Shown: positions 35,784 through 46,232 of the stretch, piece after piece | Layout of the letters: the number at the start of each line of letters is the position of its first letter | Numbering within the stretch: the first letter of the stretch is position 1 | Source: a virus | Taxonomy: Duplodnaviria > Caudoviricetes | Length of the DNA: 64,000 nucleotides | Virus record (IMG/VR): IMGVR_UViG_3300020375_000001 | Span: 1-64,000 of that record | Reading direction: 5' to 3' (one strand) | Program-made: the position numbers and the translations under genes | The notes under the pieces: model-generated | Told to the model about the DNA's origin: nothing | The model's input: the letters and a program-made list of their open reading frames with translations, nothing else | The model's database searches: none

Positions 35784-38693
35784 ATGGATAATATCCAAGT
35801 TAGTGAATTGCAGGACGACCTTGATAAGTTCCGACGAAATCCCAACGCCGTCCAACGTTCCGTATACAAGCTTCTTGATAAAGCTTCAAAGGGTACACTG
35901 AATGTCATTGACCCCACTAACCCCTTTACTCTACTACTAGAGTCCGCAGCGGTTATGGCAGCCGATTCCATCAGTGAGTGTGAAAGTCTAACCCGTCGTA
36001 CTTATCCTAAACTGGTAAGTACCGAAGATGACTTGTATGGGCATATTTCCGATTTGGAATATGTTGGTGTATGGGGTAGTCCAAGTCGTGACCTCTTCAC
36101 GTTTGCATTTAACGTGGCGGAGTTACGTAGTCTTGCGAAGACTGTTCCGGGAACTAACAACACTAAGTTAGTTATTCCACGTGAATCCCGTGTCACCGTG
36201 GCTGGTGCAAACTTCAGTTTCGTATACCCCATTGAAATTATTTTCTCTGGGGCTGAATCGATTAGCATTCTTTACGATACAAGTGAACAGTCACCGTTCA
36301 TGGCACTGGAGACTAACGTTATCGACTACCGTCTACACAGACACCAAGGTAGTGAGATGTTAATGTTCCAAGTGCCGGGTTTGCAGTATAGCGTAGAATC
36401 GTCCGTAGCCACCGTGTCAAGCGCAAGTGGCTTTAGTACGACTAAGACCATTCGCGATTACTTATATTACTGCAGAGTGTTTCATCGCCACACTGGTGGC
36501 GATTGGGAAGAGATGGTTACTACTCACTCTGGTCGCGTATACGACAATGGTATCCCTACGGCCACATTGAAACTGGCCGACGGCACGTTGCGTGTTAAGA
36601 TTCCTGAGATTTATTTCAACAAGGGATTAATCGGTGCAGAAGTTCGCATTGATGTCTACACCACTAAAGGTAATATCTCGCTGTCGCTCAGCGAGTACCC
36701 ATATACTGCCGTCCAAAGTAAGTGGATAGATTTAAACAACACGGACAATGGTCGCTACACTGCCCCTCTGTCTCAGATTACCCAAATGGCAATTGCCGGT
36801 AGTTCTGTAACTAAGGGTGGTAGTAATGGTCTGTCGTTTGAGGAGTTGCAAGACCGTACGGTTCGTAACTCCACTTACAAACCAGCACCGGTCACTGAAT
36901 TTGACTTGACCAATACGCTGAAAGACCGTGGTTATGATGTACTGAGCGTGGTGGATAACATAACTGACCGTACATTCCTCGCATCTCGCACTGTACCGGC
37001 TCCTGAGCGTGGTTTAAGCTCTAGCCCCATTGGCACTACTGTTGAGTCAATAAAGGTCTGGTCAGAGCTTTTACAGACGTTGTCGACTGCCTACTACGCT
37101 AACAAGATTTGGAGCATCATGCCTAACACGTTGTATAAACGAAATGGTGTGGGTATCAGTTTTGTGAGTGACCTTGAGCGGGAAGCGTTGGAGCAGGCAA
37201 GTGGCGATGTGCTAATCTCTTTACTGGAACAAGAAAGTTATTTCTTCAGTCCGTACCTTACCGTTTTAGACACTAACGACGATGTCTTTAGTTACAACAA
37301 CTACTACATCGATAACCCAACGGTGAACAATCGTTACTTCGGTGCAGCTAACAGTAAAGTGGATTATAAAGCTACCTTAAGTGCAATGTCGCTATACCGT
37401 ACATTCGATGGCTATGAATTAGCAGTAACCGTAAAAGGTTCGGTAGGACATGAAAAACTGCATCCGTCTAAAGTTGGTTTGCAGTTAGCGTTCCGTCCGG
37501 GTGGTCAGGAGCAACGTACTTACGTGGAGGGTGTCAACTACGGTCGTGATGTAGACGGTAACTTAATATTCCGTTTCCCCATCAACACGAAGTTTGAAAT
37601 CCACAAAGGTCACAAACTCTTTGCCACTAACTTCAATGCGGTGATTGATGATACTTTACTCTACCCCATTGAGCCTGATACGGAGTTTGACTTTATCCAT
37701 TACGTAACTGACGTTGGTTTATCTACCGACAAGCGAGACGACCTACACAACCTTCTGGGTACGCCATTTGCTGCTGAAGACGCAATCGTAATTACGCATG
37801 AAACGGCTAACCTACGTTTGTTCGAAAGCATGGATGGATTAATCAACCGTTCACGGGTATCGATTAACGAGCCTAATTACGAAGTGTGGGACCGTGACGT
37901 ACCAATGCTTTACAGTGAGGACATTTACGAACGTGAGCCCGATTCCGGCTTTATCAAGTTAGTTGAGGTGGATGGGCAGTTTGAAGGTATCTTACTTCAC
38001 TCTAAAGGTGACCCTGTCATGGATTCGGAAACTGGTGGACCGGTTTACCAATTCCGCCAAGGGGATTACAAGCTGGACGAGCACGGTGAACGTATTCCTG
38101 TTGGTGGGAGCAGTGAGACGTACTTCATTGAACAAATTCTGTTTGATGGTCGTTATCGTTACTCTACAGAAACAGGAACTAATGCATACGTTCGTACTGT
38201 GGCTGAAAGTATTGTAGATTGGGTACAAACAGACATTGGTGACATCAGTGGTAAGCTTCTGGCTCGTACTGACCTGATGTTCTCACCTAAAGCAAACAGT
38301 GGGACCATTACCGTGTACTCAGTACAAGGTGAGCCAAAACAAATCAGTGCTGGCATTAGTGTTCGTGTTGATTTGTACGTTAGCTTTAATGCGTACTCAA
38401 ACGCTGCAATTCGTAAGAGCCTCAACGCTTCGGTAAAAGAGGTGGTCATTAATGAATTGGCTAAGTCTAAAATCTCAACGGGTTCTATTCACGATAAGCT
38501 CCGTAAAGTTGTCAGTGATGACGTGGTGACCATTAAGGTGCACTCGTTCAACGATGACTCTACATTGGATGCATTTGTAGTGGACAACGACTCAGTAGGT
38601 TGTAGCCTAGCTAAAGTCTTAGAGCGTCAACCGGATGGTGCCATTGCACTGGTCGATGATTTGGACATTAAATTCATTAGACATACAGACTAA
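35784..38693 (+). CDS. Baseplate wedge protein (T4 gp6-like; phiKZ gp87 position)
   Basis: 969 aa; GGSNGLSFEELQDR resembles the gp6/baseplate-J GG.d.Es.eelr.R motif. Confidence 0.65.
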   Translation: MDNIQVSELQDDLDKFRRNPNAVQRSVYKLLDKASKGTLNVIDPTNPFTLLLESAAVMAADSISECESLTRRTYPKLVSTEDDLYGHISDLEYVGVWGSPSRDLFTFAFNVAELRSLAKTVPGTNNTKLVIPRESRVTVAGANFSFVYPIEIIFSGAESISILYDTSEQSPFMALETNVIDYRLHRHQGSEMLMFQVPGLQYSVESSVATVSSASGFSTTKTIRDYLYYCRVFHRHTGGDWEEMVTTHSGRVYDNGIPTATLKLADGTLRVKIPEIYFNKGLIGAEVRIDVYTTKGNISLSLSEYPYTAVQSKWIDLNNTDNGRYTAPLSQITQMAIAGSSVTKGGSNGLSFEELQDRTVRNSTYKPAPVTEFDLTNTLKDRGYDVLSVVDNITDRTFLASRTVPAPERGLSSSPIGTTVESIKVWSELLQTLSTAYYANKIWSIMPNTLYKRNGVGISFVSDLEREALEQASGDVLISLLEQESYFFSPYLTVLDTNDDVFSYNNYYIDNPTVNNRYFGAANSKVDYKATLSAMSLYRTFDGYELAVTVKGSVGHEKLHPSKVGLQLAFRPGGQEQRTYVEGVNYGRDVDGNLIFRFPINTKFEIHKGHKLFATNFNAVIDDTLLYPIEPDTEFDFIHYVTDVGLSTDKRDDLHNLLGTPFAAEDAIVITHETANLRLFESMDGLINRSRVSINEPNYEVWDRDVPMLYSEDIYEREPDSGFIKLVEVDGQFEGILLHSKGDPVMDSETGGPVYQFRQGDYKLDEHGERIPVGGSSETYFIEQILFDGRYRYSTETGTNAYVRTVAESIVDWVQTDIGDISGKLLARTDLMFSPKANSGTITVYSVQGEPKQISAGISVRVDLYVSFNAYSNAAIRKSLNASVKEVVINELAKSKISTGSIHDKLRKVVSDDVVTIKVHSFNDDSTLDAFVVDNDSVGCSLAKVLERQPDGAIALVDDLDIKFIRHTD

Positions 38694-38695
38694 GA

Positions 38696-38726
38696 CGGCA
38701 TAAGGGGGAGTCCACTAGGACTCCCC
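38696..38726 (-). terminator. Hairpin + TTATGCCGTCT between convergent genes
   Basis: GGGGAGTCC-4nt-GGACTCCCC, C, TTATGCCGTCTTA. Confidence 0.65.
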
Positions 38727-38730
38727 TGTC

Positions 38731-39969
38731 TTATTTCGCTTTGCCGGTCATGCGTCTGATTTTAGCAAACGCTGCTTCGGTAAGTTCATCGGTAATTTTA
38801 ATACCTTTAAAGAACCCACGCTTCCCTTTGATGGAAACCATAAACATATTCTTGACAAAAGCATTGGCCGCACGAATTAACGTAAGCTGGTTATTTACTG
38901 TGTCTCGAACTGCATTGATATCATCTGAGGTCAAGCTAGAGTCAGCCTTGTCGCGACTCTCCATCTGCTCAAGTTTGTCTTGCAAAGTATTGAACTGACT
39001 GGTGTAGTTATCAGTTTCTTTGAGTAACTCACGGTCACTCTTATCGAAATTCATATCCGAATGTAACTGATTGATATAACTACGGAGTTTGTTAACCTTA
39101 TTCCGGTAATGCTGTTTTACCAGTTTAGGGTCAACCTCACGACCTTCTAACTCCCGTACACGTGTGGTTAATCTTTCAAAGGCGTCAGTTGCTTCTGTCA
39201 GGTTGCCATATGACACAGAACCTAGGTCAAGTACCTTGGCTTGGTCTTTCAAGAAATCCCCAGCAATTGCTGCTATTTCCTTTCCTGCTTCTACACTGAT
39301 AGCATCCAAGTCTTTATGTAGACGATAGAATGCATCCCCGCCTTCAATCTTACCATGGGCTTCAATGAAGCGTCTGGTTGATTTCCACATAACCGTATAG
39401 AGCCTGCGAATGTAATCGTTGATGTCCTTGTACATGTCGACGTTAGCATTGGCAATGGATTTAAACTCAAACTCGTTGAGCTTTTTCTTGTCAATAACTT
39501 CGTCTACCGTTTCATCAAGAACTTCCCGGTCCGCATCTTCTATCTTTTCAGGTTTGTCACTTTTCTCAAGCTTGTCCAGTGTATCGATTGCGGTAGCGTT
39601 GGCACCATCGCCTTTACCGCCACCTACCAACCATTCAATTGGTTTAACCAATAACTTCAAGACGCCAAAGATAAGCGAGAACATGAGGCCGAATAGTTTC
39701 TCTAGTCCGCTCGCAATACCTTCCCAGAACCCTTCAATGGCAACAGACATCTTAGTGGTTGTAGGGAATAACGTAAACTCGTTAGGGTTTATTGATTCAC
39801 ACGACGGCACATTCCGAAGAATGGCCATCGCATTTTCACGGTCTATTGCATTGTGTTCTTTAACCATTTGCATGGCGCTGAACATGTCCGACTGTGCATC
39901 AATAAGTAATGCGGCTTCTTGAGAGACTTCAGCTTCTAAGCTTTCGAGTTCTTCAAGAAATTCCAACAT
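38731..39969 (-). CDS. Internal head/ejection protein (gp86-like)
   Basis: ESLE and VAIE processing-like sites, helical body. Confidence 0.6.
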   Translation of the reverse strand: MLEFLEELESLEAEVSQEAALLIDAQSDMFSAMQMVKEHNAIDRENAMAILRNVPSCESINPNEFTLFPTTTKMSVAIEGFWEGIASGLEKLFGLMFSLIFGVLKLLVKPIEWLVGGGKGDGANATAIDTLDKLEKSDKPEKIEDADREVLDETVDEVIDKKKLNEFEFKSIANANVDMYKDINDYIRRLYTVMWKSTRRFIEAHGKIEGGDAFYRLHKDLDAISVEAGKEIAAIAGDFLKDQAKVLDLGSVSYGNLTEATDAFERLTTRVRELEGREVDPKLVKQHYRNKVNKLRSYINQLHSDMNFDKSDRELLKETDNYTSQFNTLQDKLEQMESRDKADSSLTSDDINAVRDTVNNQLTLIRAANAFVKNMFMVSIKGKRGFFKGIKITDELTEAAFAKIRRMTGKAK

Positions 39970-40370
39970 TACTGTACCCCAATTACCATAGCGGCGAAAT
40001 CGATGTCGTCACGGTGCTCTGGATATACCGCATTCAGAGAAGCGATGACACCTTGCAGTGGATGATGAACCAAGTCATAGCGACCTTTCCATACATCGTA
40101 AACACACTTCACAACTTCATCCACGTTACAAACGATGTGCTCGTTGATAGCCCCGATGAATACATTGGCATCGGCCAATTGGAAGTTGGTAAAGTACAGA
40201 CGAGGGTTACCTTCAATAGGAGATGAAGGGATGGGTAGTTGTGCTGCAACCAGGGCCCCGACAATACGGTTTTTAATGGCTTCGCGTTTTTCCAACGGAA
40301 TGTGTTGTTCATCCATCATATTACGCATCATGCGCAGACGCGCTACTAATTCTTTAATTTTATCAGACAT
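39969..40370 (-). CDS. Virion protein (gp85-like position)
   Basis: 133 aa, operon synteny. Confidence 0.55.
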   Translation of the reverse strand: MSDKIKELVARLRMMRNMMDEQHIPLEKREAIKNRIVGALVAAQLPIPSSPIEGNPRLYFTNFQLADANVFIGAINEHIVCNVDEVVKCVYDVWKGRYDLVHHPLQGVIASLNAVYPEHRDDIDFAAMVIGVQ

Positions 40371-41683
40371 TAGCCTGCTCCTAAATTTTTAAACTTCGCG
40401 GCAGTTACAAACATGTCGTTGGTTAACAACTTTTCAATTTGCTGTTGAGCGTCTTTCTGTCTCAACTGTTTGCGCGTGGTTGGTGACAAAACTTCCCATA
40501 CCAGTTGTGCAATACCGGTACGCTGGGTCATGGTAGACATGATAGCCTCAATGGCTTCAACGTCATCAGTTAGTGCCTGACGAGTGTCATCGTCTAACTT
40601 GCGGTCTTTTAGTTGTTCAACTAAGTCACGCTTGATGCGTTCGATGCGGTCACGAGGTAAGTCATACGTTGACTCATGAGGGTTGTTACTCATAATGAGA
40701 ATACCCATAAGCCAAGTAGCCGGTCCACCAAAAGTGATTGCGGTAAAGAAGCCTACTGCTTTAAGCATTTCTACACTGTAGAAGACAGCAGCATTGCGAT
40801 AGACTGGGTCACGATTGTAACGCTGGAGTTTATCCAATGCAGTAACCAAGGCCATACCACCGCCATGACGAGTAGCGAATTGGTCAGACAGGAACTCAAA
40901 GCCTGTGGCATCGTACATGCTAGCGCCGCTTTCAGAAACAGACTTTTGAATTTCAGCCTGTAACATCACAGTAGCCACGCCTTCTTTGCTATTCATGGTC
41001 AGCAGCTTTTGCTTTTCTTCAAACGTTACGTCACGAAGTTTGGAATAGGCATCTACTATCTCAACCTTGTCTACCTTACGGTCAGGGCTGAAAAGCGCAG
41101 TCACAGCAGTGTTGATTGCGTAGTTAGTAGTAACCGTGGTTCCCAACATCTCGAAATAAGAGAACAGGTGTCCTACTTCATGCATGATGACGGCAGCCAG
41201 TTCTTCATCCGACATTTTATCGGTGACGAACATATTTTCGGCAATAGTGATAGTACATTCGACTTTACGGAAGTCGCCGTGCACCTTTCCTTCTTCAAGG
41301 TCAACCCAACCTTTAATGATGTCGGAACCTTTAGACAATAGTTTCAGAGCGTCCTCATCACTAAAGTCATTCTTGAACTTACCCAACAAAGGATGGTTCT
41401 TATCTAACTGGGGCACCCCAACGAATGCGCACCAATTAATAGGTGTTAGTTTCAAGTTAACGTTTAGCTGCGTCGCTTTCTCAATCAGGTCCGCGATACC
41501 CGACTTAGTCAGAGTAGATGCGTTCACTGAACCTTTACGGAGTTCATTGATTTTACCTACCAGACCTAAAAACAACACATCCTTACGTTGTACCTTGATA
41601 GCCTCTAATCCGAGACCGCCAGTACGTAGTTTCATTTTAGGATAACTCCTTGCAAGGTTAGTGTTAATGCAATTGCATAACAT
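40370..41683 (-). CDS. Head protein with M48-like zinc metalloprotease motifs (gp84-like)
   Basis: AVIMHEVGHLF plus EFLSDQFA..HGGG.ALVTALDKL. Confidence 0.65.
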   Translation of the reverse strand: MLCNCINTNLARSYPKMKLRTGGLGLEAIKVQRKDVLFLGLVGKINELRKGSVNASTLTKSGIADLIEKATQLNVNLKLTPINWCAFVGVPQLDKNHPLLGKFKNDFSDEDALKLLSKGSDIIKGWVDLEEGKVHGDFRKVECTITIAENMFVTDKMSDEELAAVIMHEVGHLFSYFEMLGTTVTTNYAINTAVTALFSPDRKVDKVEIVDAYSKLRDVTFEEKQKLLTMNSKEGVATVMLQAEIQKSVSESGASMYDATGFEFLSDQFATRHGGGMALVTALDKLQRYNRDPVYRNAAVFYSVEMLKAVGFFTAITFGGPATWLMGILIMSNNPHESTYDLPRDRIERIKRDLVEQLKDRKLDDDTRQALTDDVEAIEAIMSTMTQRTGIAQLVWEVLSPTTRKQLRQKDAQQQIEKLLTNDMFVTAAKFKNLGAG

Positions 41684-41951
41684 AGGAAAGCTTTCTTAAC
41701 TAGTCGTCATAAAACCCCTGTCTGTAGGACAGGGTGTGTTAGTTACTAACTTATATTATTTTATTCTTAAGGCATACGATTCCCTTTCCTAGGTAATTAT
41801 ACTCCGTATAAATTACTAGTCACCGGTCTACACCTAAACAAATACCAATCCATGTAAAAATTAATTCCCAGCAAATTCTAATCTTCTAAAAAATACTGAC
41901 CGCCATCTTGATATAGACTACCATAAAGAATTTTTTAAATGGGACATGTAA

Positions 41952-43733
41952 ATGAGCAAATTACCTAAAGGCGTTAAAGGCTACGAATGTAAGCACGCTT
42001 TCTACACCGAAGCATCTGACCGCTCAGGTGATGACCTAATATTAGTAAAACGTAACGTCCACAAAGAAGACGGTACAGTAATCCCAGAAGTAAACTTTGT
42101 TGAAAACTACGAGCGTGAGTTCTGGGTAGTAAACGAAGCACATCGAACGTATGAAGAAAAGAAAGCTTGGGAAGACATGTTTAAGTGTCGCCGTTACAAG
42201 TGTCGCCAGACTGAACTGACTAACCGCGTACTTCGAGCATTGGGGCGTAACCCTAGTGGATGGACACAACAATCAATCGCTTTCCGTTCGCCATATGTCT
42301 ACGGTGCAGATATCAGTACCAGCGCACTTATCAAACGTGCTTACATGGATAACTTCCCTGAACTGACTCGTGAGTCTACTGTGGGGGTAATGGATATCGA
42401 GACTGACGTTGTTAATGGCGACGGCAGTACAATCATCTCAGCATCGTTCACGTACCAAAACAACATCTACATTGCTTACACTGAAGACTTTGCAGGTAAG
42501 CTATCTGATTACGCCAAGAAGTTACAGGACAAATACGAATACTACATTGGTGGTATTGCAGATGACCTAGATGCTTTACTGGCGGGTGATACGCTAAACG
42601 GTAAGCGTCGTCAGGTATTGGAGCGGGCAGCAGCGACATTGCGTGAGCGCTCTAAGGTACAAATCAATTCTAAGCTCGTGGCGAGTCCTGCGTTGGTTAC
42701 CGACTACGTCTTCCGTGCAGCCCACGAACACAAGCCAGACTTCGTTGCCTTCTGGAACATGAACTTCGATTTACCCAAAATGATTGCTTCTCTTGAGAAT
42801 GCTAACATTGACCCGAAAGATGTATTCTGTGAGCCAACCTTACCTGAACGTTACAAGAAGTTTAAGTATGTTCCCGGTAAAGCCATTAAGCAGATTGCTG
42901 GTGGACGGACAATGTCAAAACACCCTGCTGACCTATGGCATAAAGTCTACGCGCCGTCGTCCTTCTACCTCATCGACGCCATGTGTGTCTTTAAACAGGT
43001 AAGGGTAACTGAAGGTAACCGTAATAGTTATTCGTTAGATGCAATCCTGACGGACGAGTTGAATCTTGGTAAGTTGAAGTTTAAAGAAGCTGACCACTTA
43101 ACCGGGCTAGACTGGCACGTCTACATGCAGACTAACCACAAAATTGAATACCTCATCTATAACATCTTCGACTGTATGTCGATTGAAATCTTGGATGATA
43201 AGAATAAAGATTTGGCCCTTACGGTCCCAACTCTTTGTCAGCATTCGGACTATTACAACTTTACCAGTACACCGCGTCGTCTGTGCGATGACATGCACTT
43301 CTATCTGAAGAAACACAAGAAGGTTATCTCTACTACCTCTGACGATATGGCGGAGAGCTTGGATAAACACGTTGTAGGCTCGAACGATTGGATTGTAACA
43401 CTACCCAGTCATTTGGTTGACGACAACGGTTTACAGTTGTTAGAAGAAGCACCGCACATTCGCTCAATGTTACGTGTACACGTAGCTGACTTAGACGTAG
43501 CGTCCAGTTATCCTAACACAGGTTCGTTCATGAACATGAGTATGGAAACAACGGTTCGTGAGTTAGTTGGGGTGGGGGATATCAGTGAGTACGATAAACG
43601 TATGTCTGGTCTGAACCTAACGGCAGCGCGTACTAATGCAGTAGAATGCTCTGGTACATTCTTTGGCTTTCCATCAATGGACAAGGTATTAACTGAGTTC
43701 CGACGTCAGCGCGAAGCTGGCGAATTGGATTAA
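41952..43733 (+). CDS. Split family-B DNA polymerase subunit: 3'-5' exonuclease + motif A (phiKZ gp82-like)
   Basis: ExoI DIETD, ExoII WNMNFDL, ExoIII YNIFD, motif A DLDVASSYP. Confidence 0.88.
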   Translation: MSKLPKGVKGYECKHAFYTEASDRSGDDLILVKRNVHKEDGTVIPEVNFVENYEREFWVVNEAHRTYEEKKAWEDMFKCRRYKCRQTELTNRVLRALGRNPSGWTQQSIAFRSPYVYGADISTSALIKRAYMDNFPELTRESTVGVMDIETDVVNGDGSTIISASFTYQNNIYIAYTEDFAGKLSDYAKKLQDKYEYYIGGIADDLDALLAGDTLNGKRRQVLERAAATLRERSKVQINSKLVASPALVTDYVFRAAHEHKPDFVAFWNMNFDLPKMIASLENANIDPKDVFCEPTLPERYKKFKYVPGKAIKQIAGGRTMSKHPADLWHKVYAPSSFYLIDAMCVFKQVRVTEGNRNSYSLDAILTDELNLGKLKFKEADHLTGLDWHVYMQTNHKIEYLIYNIFDCMSIEILDDKNKDLALTVPTLCQHSDYYNFTSTPRRLCDDMHFYLKKHKKVISTTSDDMAESLDKHVVGSNDWIVTLPSHLVDDNGLQLLEEAPHIRSMLRVHVADLDVASSYPNTGSFMNMSMETTVRELVGVGDISEYDKRMSGLNLTAARTNAVECSGTFFGFPSMDKVLTEFRRQREAGELD

Positions 43734-43777
43734 AGCAAAAAAAAAATAAGTCGGGGCGCAATGCCCCGCTTATGCCG
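43734..43777. terminator. Dual terminator: TTATGCCG on plus, poly-U on minus
   Basis: A10 run, CGGGGC-gcaat-GCCCCG, CTTATGCCG. Confidence 0.7.
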
Positions 43778-43782
43778 TATGG

Positions 43783-44178
43783 CTATAGTTCAATTAGTTC
43801 ACAGTACCCAGTACTGGCACTAATAAAGAACTTACCAACAACCACATCGGCTACTAATACATTAAACACATCGCCGTCGATATCCATCCCCATTCTATTA
43901 CTAGAGATGGTTGCAGTTAACACGTTATAAATAACACGGACACCACTCTCAGTAATGCCGTCAGATGTAATACAGAGGTCAGGTAGCGTAATGCTTAACT
44001 TAGGTCCATCTTTACCATCACCCTTAGTTAGGATAACGGTATCCACATTCTCCCCCCATTTACGCTCTCTACTACTGCGGGTACTGTAAAAGCTATCCCG
44101 TTTAGAGATATCCCAAACCAACTTGAAGCGTTTCCAAAAACTCATCTTGCCGTATCGGCGAAGTCTTGTAATATTCAT
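43783..44178 (-). CDS. Hypothetical early protein
   Basis: 131 aa; AATAAAAGGAAA RBS. Confidence 0.7.
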   Translation of the reverse strand: MNITRLRRYGKMSFWKRFKLVWDISKRDSFYSTRSSRERKWGENVDTVILTKGDGKDGPKLSITLPDLCITSDGITESGVRVIYNVLTATISSNRMGMDIDGDVFNVLVADVVVGKFFISASTGYCELIEL

Positions 44179-44238
44179 TTCGTCTTTCCTTTTATTTACG
44201 ACGGCATAGACAGGGACAACTGCCCCTGTCGAATTTAG

Positions 44239-44607
44239 TTAAGCAACTGGTTCTTCTGGTGGTGGCTCAGGTACGGTTATCGTACCGCCACTGATGTCGT
44301 AGTATGTATAGCTATCCACGCCACAGCGCTGATAGTATTTACCACCATACTCAACTACCATTGAACCTTCTTCTTCCTGCAACGTGGTCCCTAAATCGCC
44401 CTGATTGTCCGCCTGAACAGCGAACCCTTCATCATGGATTAGTTCATCCGGTACAGCGTAGATGGTCTCAGAGCCTTCTACAGTGGCGTACAGGACACCT
44501 TCAAGAACCCCACGGAACACCATTGGGCGTTCGGTGTTTACAAAAACGTTAACGTCCCGTGCTGGTAGTAGGTCAGTTATTTCTGAATCGGTTATAAGTT
44601 CAAGCAT
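44239..44607 (-). CDS. Acidic hypothetical protein (start re-called at 44607)
   Basis: TATG and GGGGG SD upstream; hairpin-TATGCCG downstream. Confidence 0.65.
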   Translation of the reverse strand: MLELITDSEITDLLPARDVNVFVNTERPMVFRGVLEGVLYATVEGSETIYAVPDELIHDEGFAVQADNQGDLGTTLQEEEGSMVVEYGGKYYQRCGVDSYTYYDISGGTITVPEPPPEEPVA

Positions 44608-44669
44608 GGTAAATCCCCCATAAAAAAGTAAAGTGGTCATAAGAGAGGGCTTTTGCCCTCCCCACCTTA

Positions 44670-45626
44670 TTAGATTATAAGTTGTTGACCGACATGTATC
44701 TTCGAGGGGTCAGCGATTTTATTCTTAGCAACCAAATGGTCCACCGTAGTACTTAGACGTTTAGCGATAGCGTACAGGGTATCTCCTTTGTTAATGGTGT
44801 ACACTGATTCACTGACGTTTAAAAACTCACCGTACTTTAGGTTGGTGGTACTATGGCCGTTAGCAAGCTGAATAATTCTTAGCCCGTTTACTCTCATGAA
44901 GTAACTTGTGGGTAAGTTGTACTTTTCAGCTATTTGCCAGATTGTATCGCCTTTCCGGACATAATATCGAGTACCGTTATAGTACCCGATAATGTCTTCA
45001 ACGTATTCAATGGTCTCTTCGAAGTTAGGTGTCATATACACCTTGCCGACTTTACGCAAACGGTTAGGTCCAGCATTGTAAGCAGCTAATACTATCCGTA
45101 GTGTATATTCGGTAAACTCCACCAGAGGCTTCTTGAACAGCCGTTGATGTAGGTGTTCCAAATAACGAGCAGCCGCATCCGCTGACTCGTAGTTATCCAT
45201 TACGTTCTCTACCTCTAATAAAGCAGCGGTCCGTGGACGGATTTGAAACATACCTTGTGCCCCTGCATGTGACACACGTGTATTGTCTTGGTGAGTCTCC
45301 TTAAAACTCATCCCCATCAATACTTTTCCAGGAAGACCGTAAACATAGCCAATGGCATCCAGTTCATCAATGGTTGGAATATCATCGGGTTGCTTACCAA
45401 AAGCGGCGGCATTTATCTTTACGGGTTCTTCTACTATTGGTTCTTCCTCCACAACGGGTAGAGGCTCGGTTTGTTTAACTACTACCTTAACCGTAGCGGG
45501 TGCGGTAGCAGCAACAATTTCTTTTTGTTCCGTCTCGTGTACGTAATCAGCCACCATCCACGTTGCCATTACAGCGATGATGATAGTTGCGCTAAATGCG
45601 TAACGAGTTAAATGTTTCTTCAACAT
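44670..45626 (-). CDS. Lytic transglycosylase (SLT) with two LysM domains and N-terminal anchor, MltD-like
   Basis: KET catalytic Glu, GAQGMFQI, AAYNAGP; YYVRKGDTIWQIA and YTINKGDTLYAIA LysM repeats. Confidence 0.9.
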   Translation of the reverse strand: MLKKHLTRYAFSATIIIAVMATWMVADYVHETEQKEIVAATAPATVKVVVKQTEPLPVVEEEPIVEEPVKINAAAFGKQPDDIPTIDELDAIGYVYGLPGKVLMGMSFKETHQDNTRVSHAGAQGMFQIRPRTAALLEVENVMDNYESADAAARYLEHLHQRLFKKPLVEFTEYTLRIVLAAYNAGPNRLRKVGKVYMTPNFEETIEYVEDIIGYYNGTRYYVRKGDTIWQIAEKYNLPTSYFMRVNGLRIIQLANGHSTTNLKYGEFLNVSESVYTINKGDTLYAIAKRLSTTVDHLVAKNKIADPSKIHVGQQLII

Positions 45627-45630
45627 GGTT

Positions 45631-45864
45631 TTATCTCCGAAGGTATTTGTAGGAACCACTAACGTTACTCAGGATACCAACGATGTCACCGGATACCGAT
45701 ACCGACATTATAGGTCCTAGAGTTGTGGTATCAAACAGCTCCAAGACTGCATCTATCCCACCTTGGGTTAATGTATTACCTTTAAACTGGTCGGGGTTAA
45801 GCTCCGTGGTTTTAAAGCCACCTAGACCAGGTATTGCGGGGTTATGTATTTTAACCTTATTCAT
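45631..45864 (-). CDS. Small hypothetical protein
   Basis: 77 aa; AGGAG SD. Confidence 0.6.
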   Translation of the reverse strand: MNKVKIHNPAIPGLGGFKTTELNPDQFKGNTLTQGGIDAVLELFDTTTLGPIMSVSVSGDIVGILSNVSGSYKYLRR

Positions 45865-45875
45865 TAGAGTATCTC

Positions 45876-46133
45876 CTATACTAAACCGTACAGCACTGTC
45901 AGTTTAGAAGACAGTTCTTTTGCTTCGGTATTACGGTACTTCTTCAGGTGGTTAATCACTTGGTTCATTTTGTTCTTTAACTCACCACGAGTCTTAGAAC
46001 TTGCAATCCACTTGATAAAACCAACCATCTTAGCAGCCGTAGCAGATGCCAAAAGGTTCTCCTTATTTTCACTCTTAATTACAAGAGCTTGGTACAAGTT
46101 ATAGATTTGTGCTTTTAATGTTGCGTTCATCAC
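45876..46133 (-). CDS. Small basic helical protein
   Basis: 85 aa; AATAAAAGGAAA RBS; early promoter AGATACATATTAC upstream. Confidence 0.7.
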   Translation of the reverse strand: MMNATLKAQIYNLYQALVIKSENKENLLASATAAKMVGFIKWIASSKTRGELKNKMNQVINHLKKYRNTEAKELSSKLTVLYGLV

Positions 46134-46232
46134 GATTTCCTTTTATTTAATCGCTTATAGAATTAAAGGGTTAAGTATCTTTAGATACGTTATCACCAAT
46201 GTAATATGTATCTATTGTTTTCTGGGAACGAC

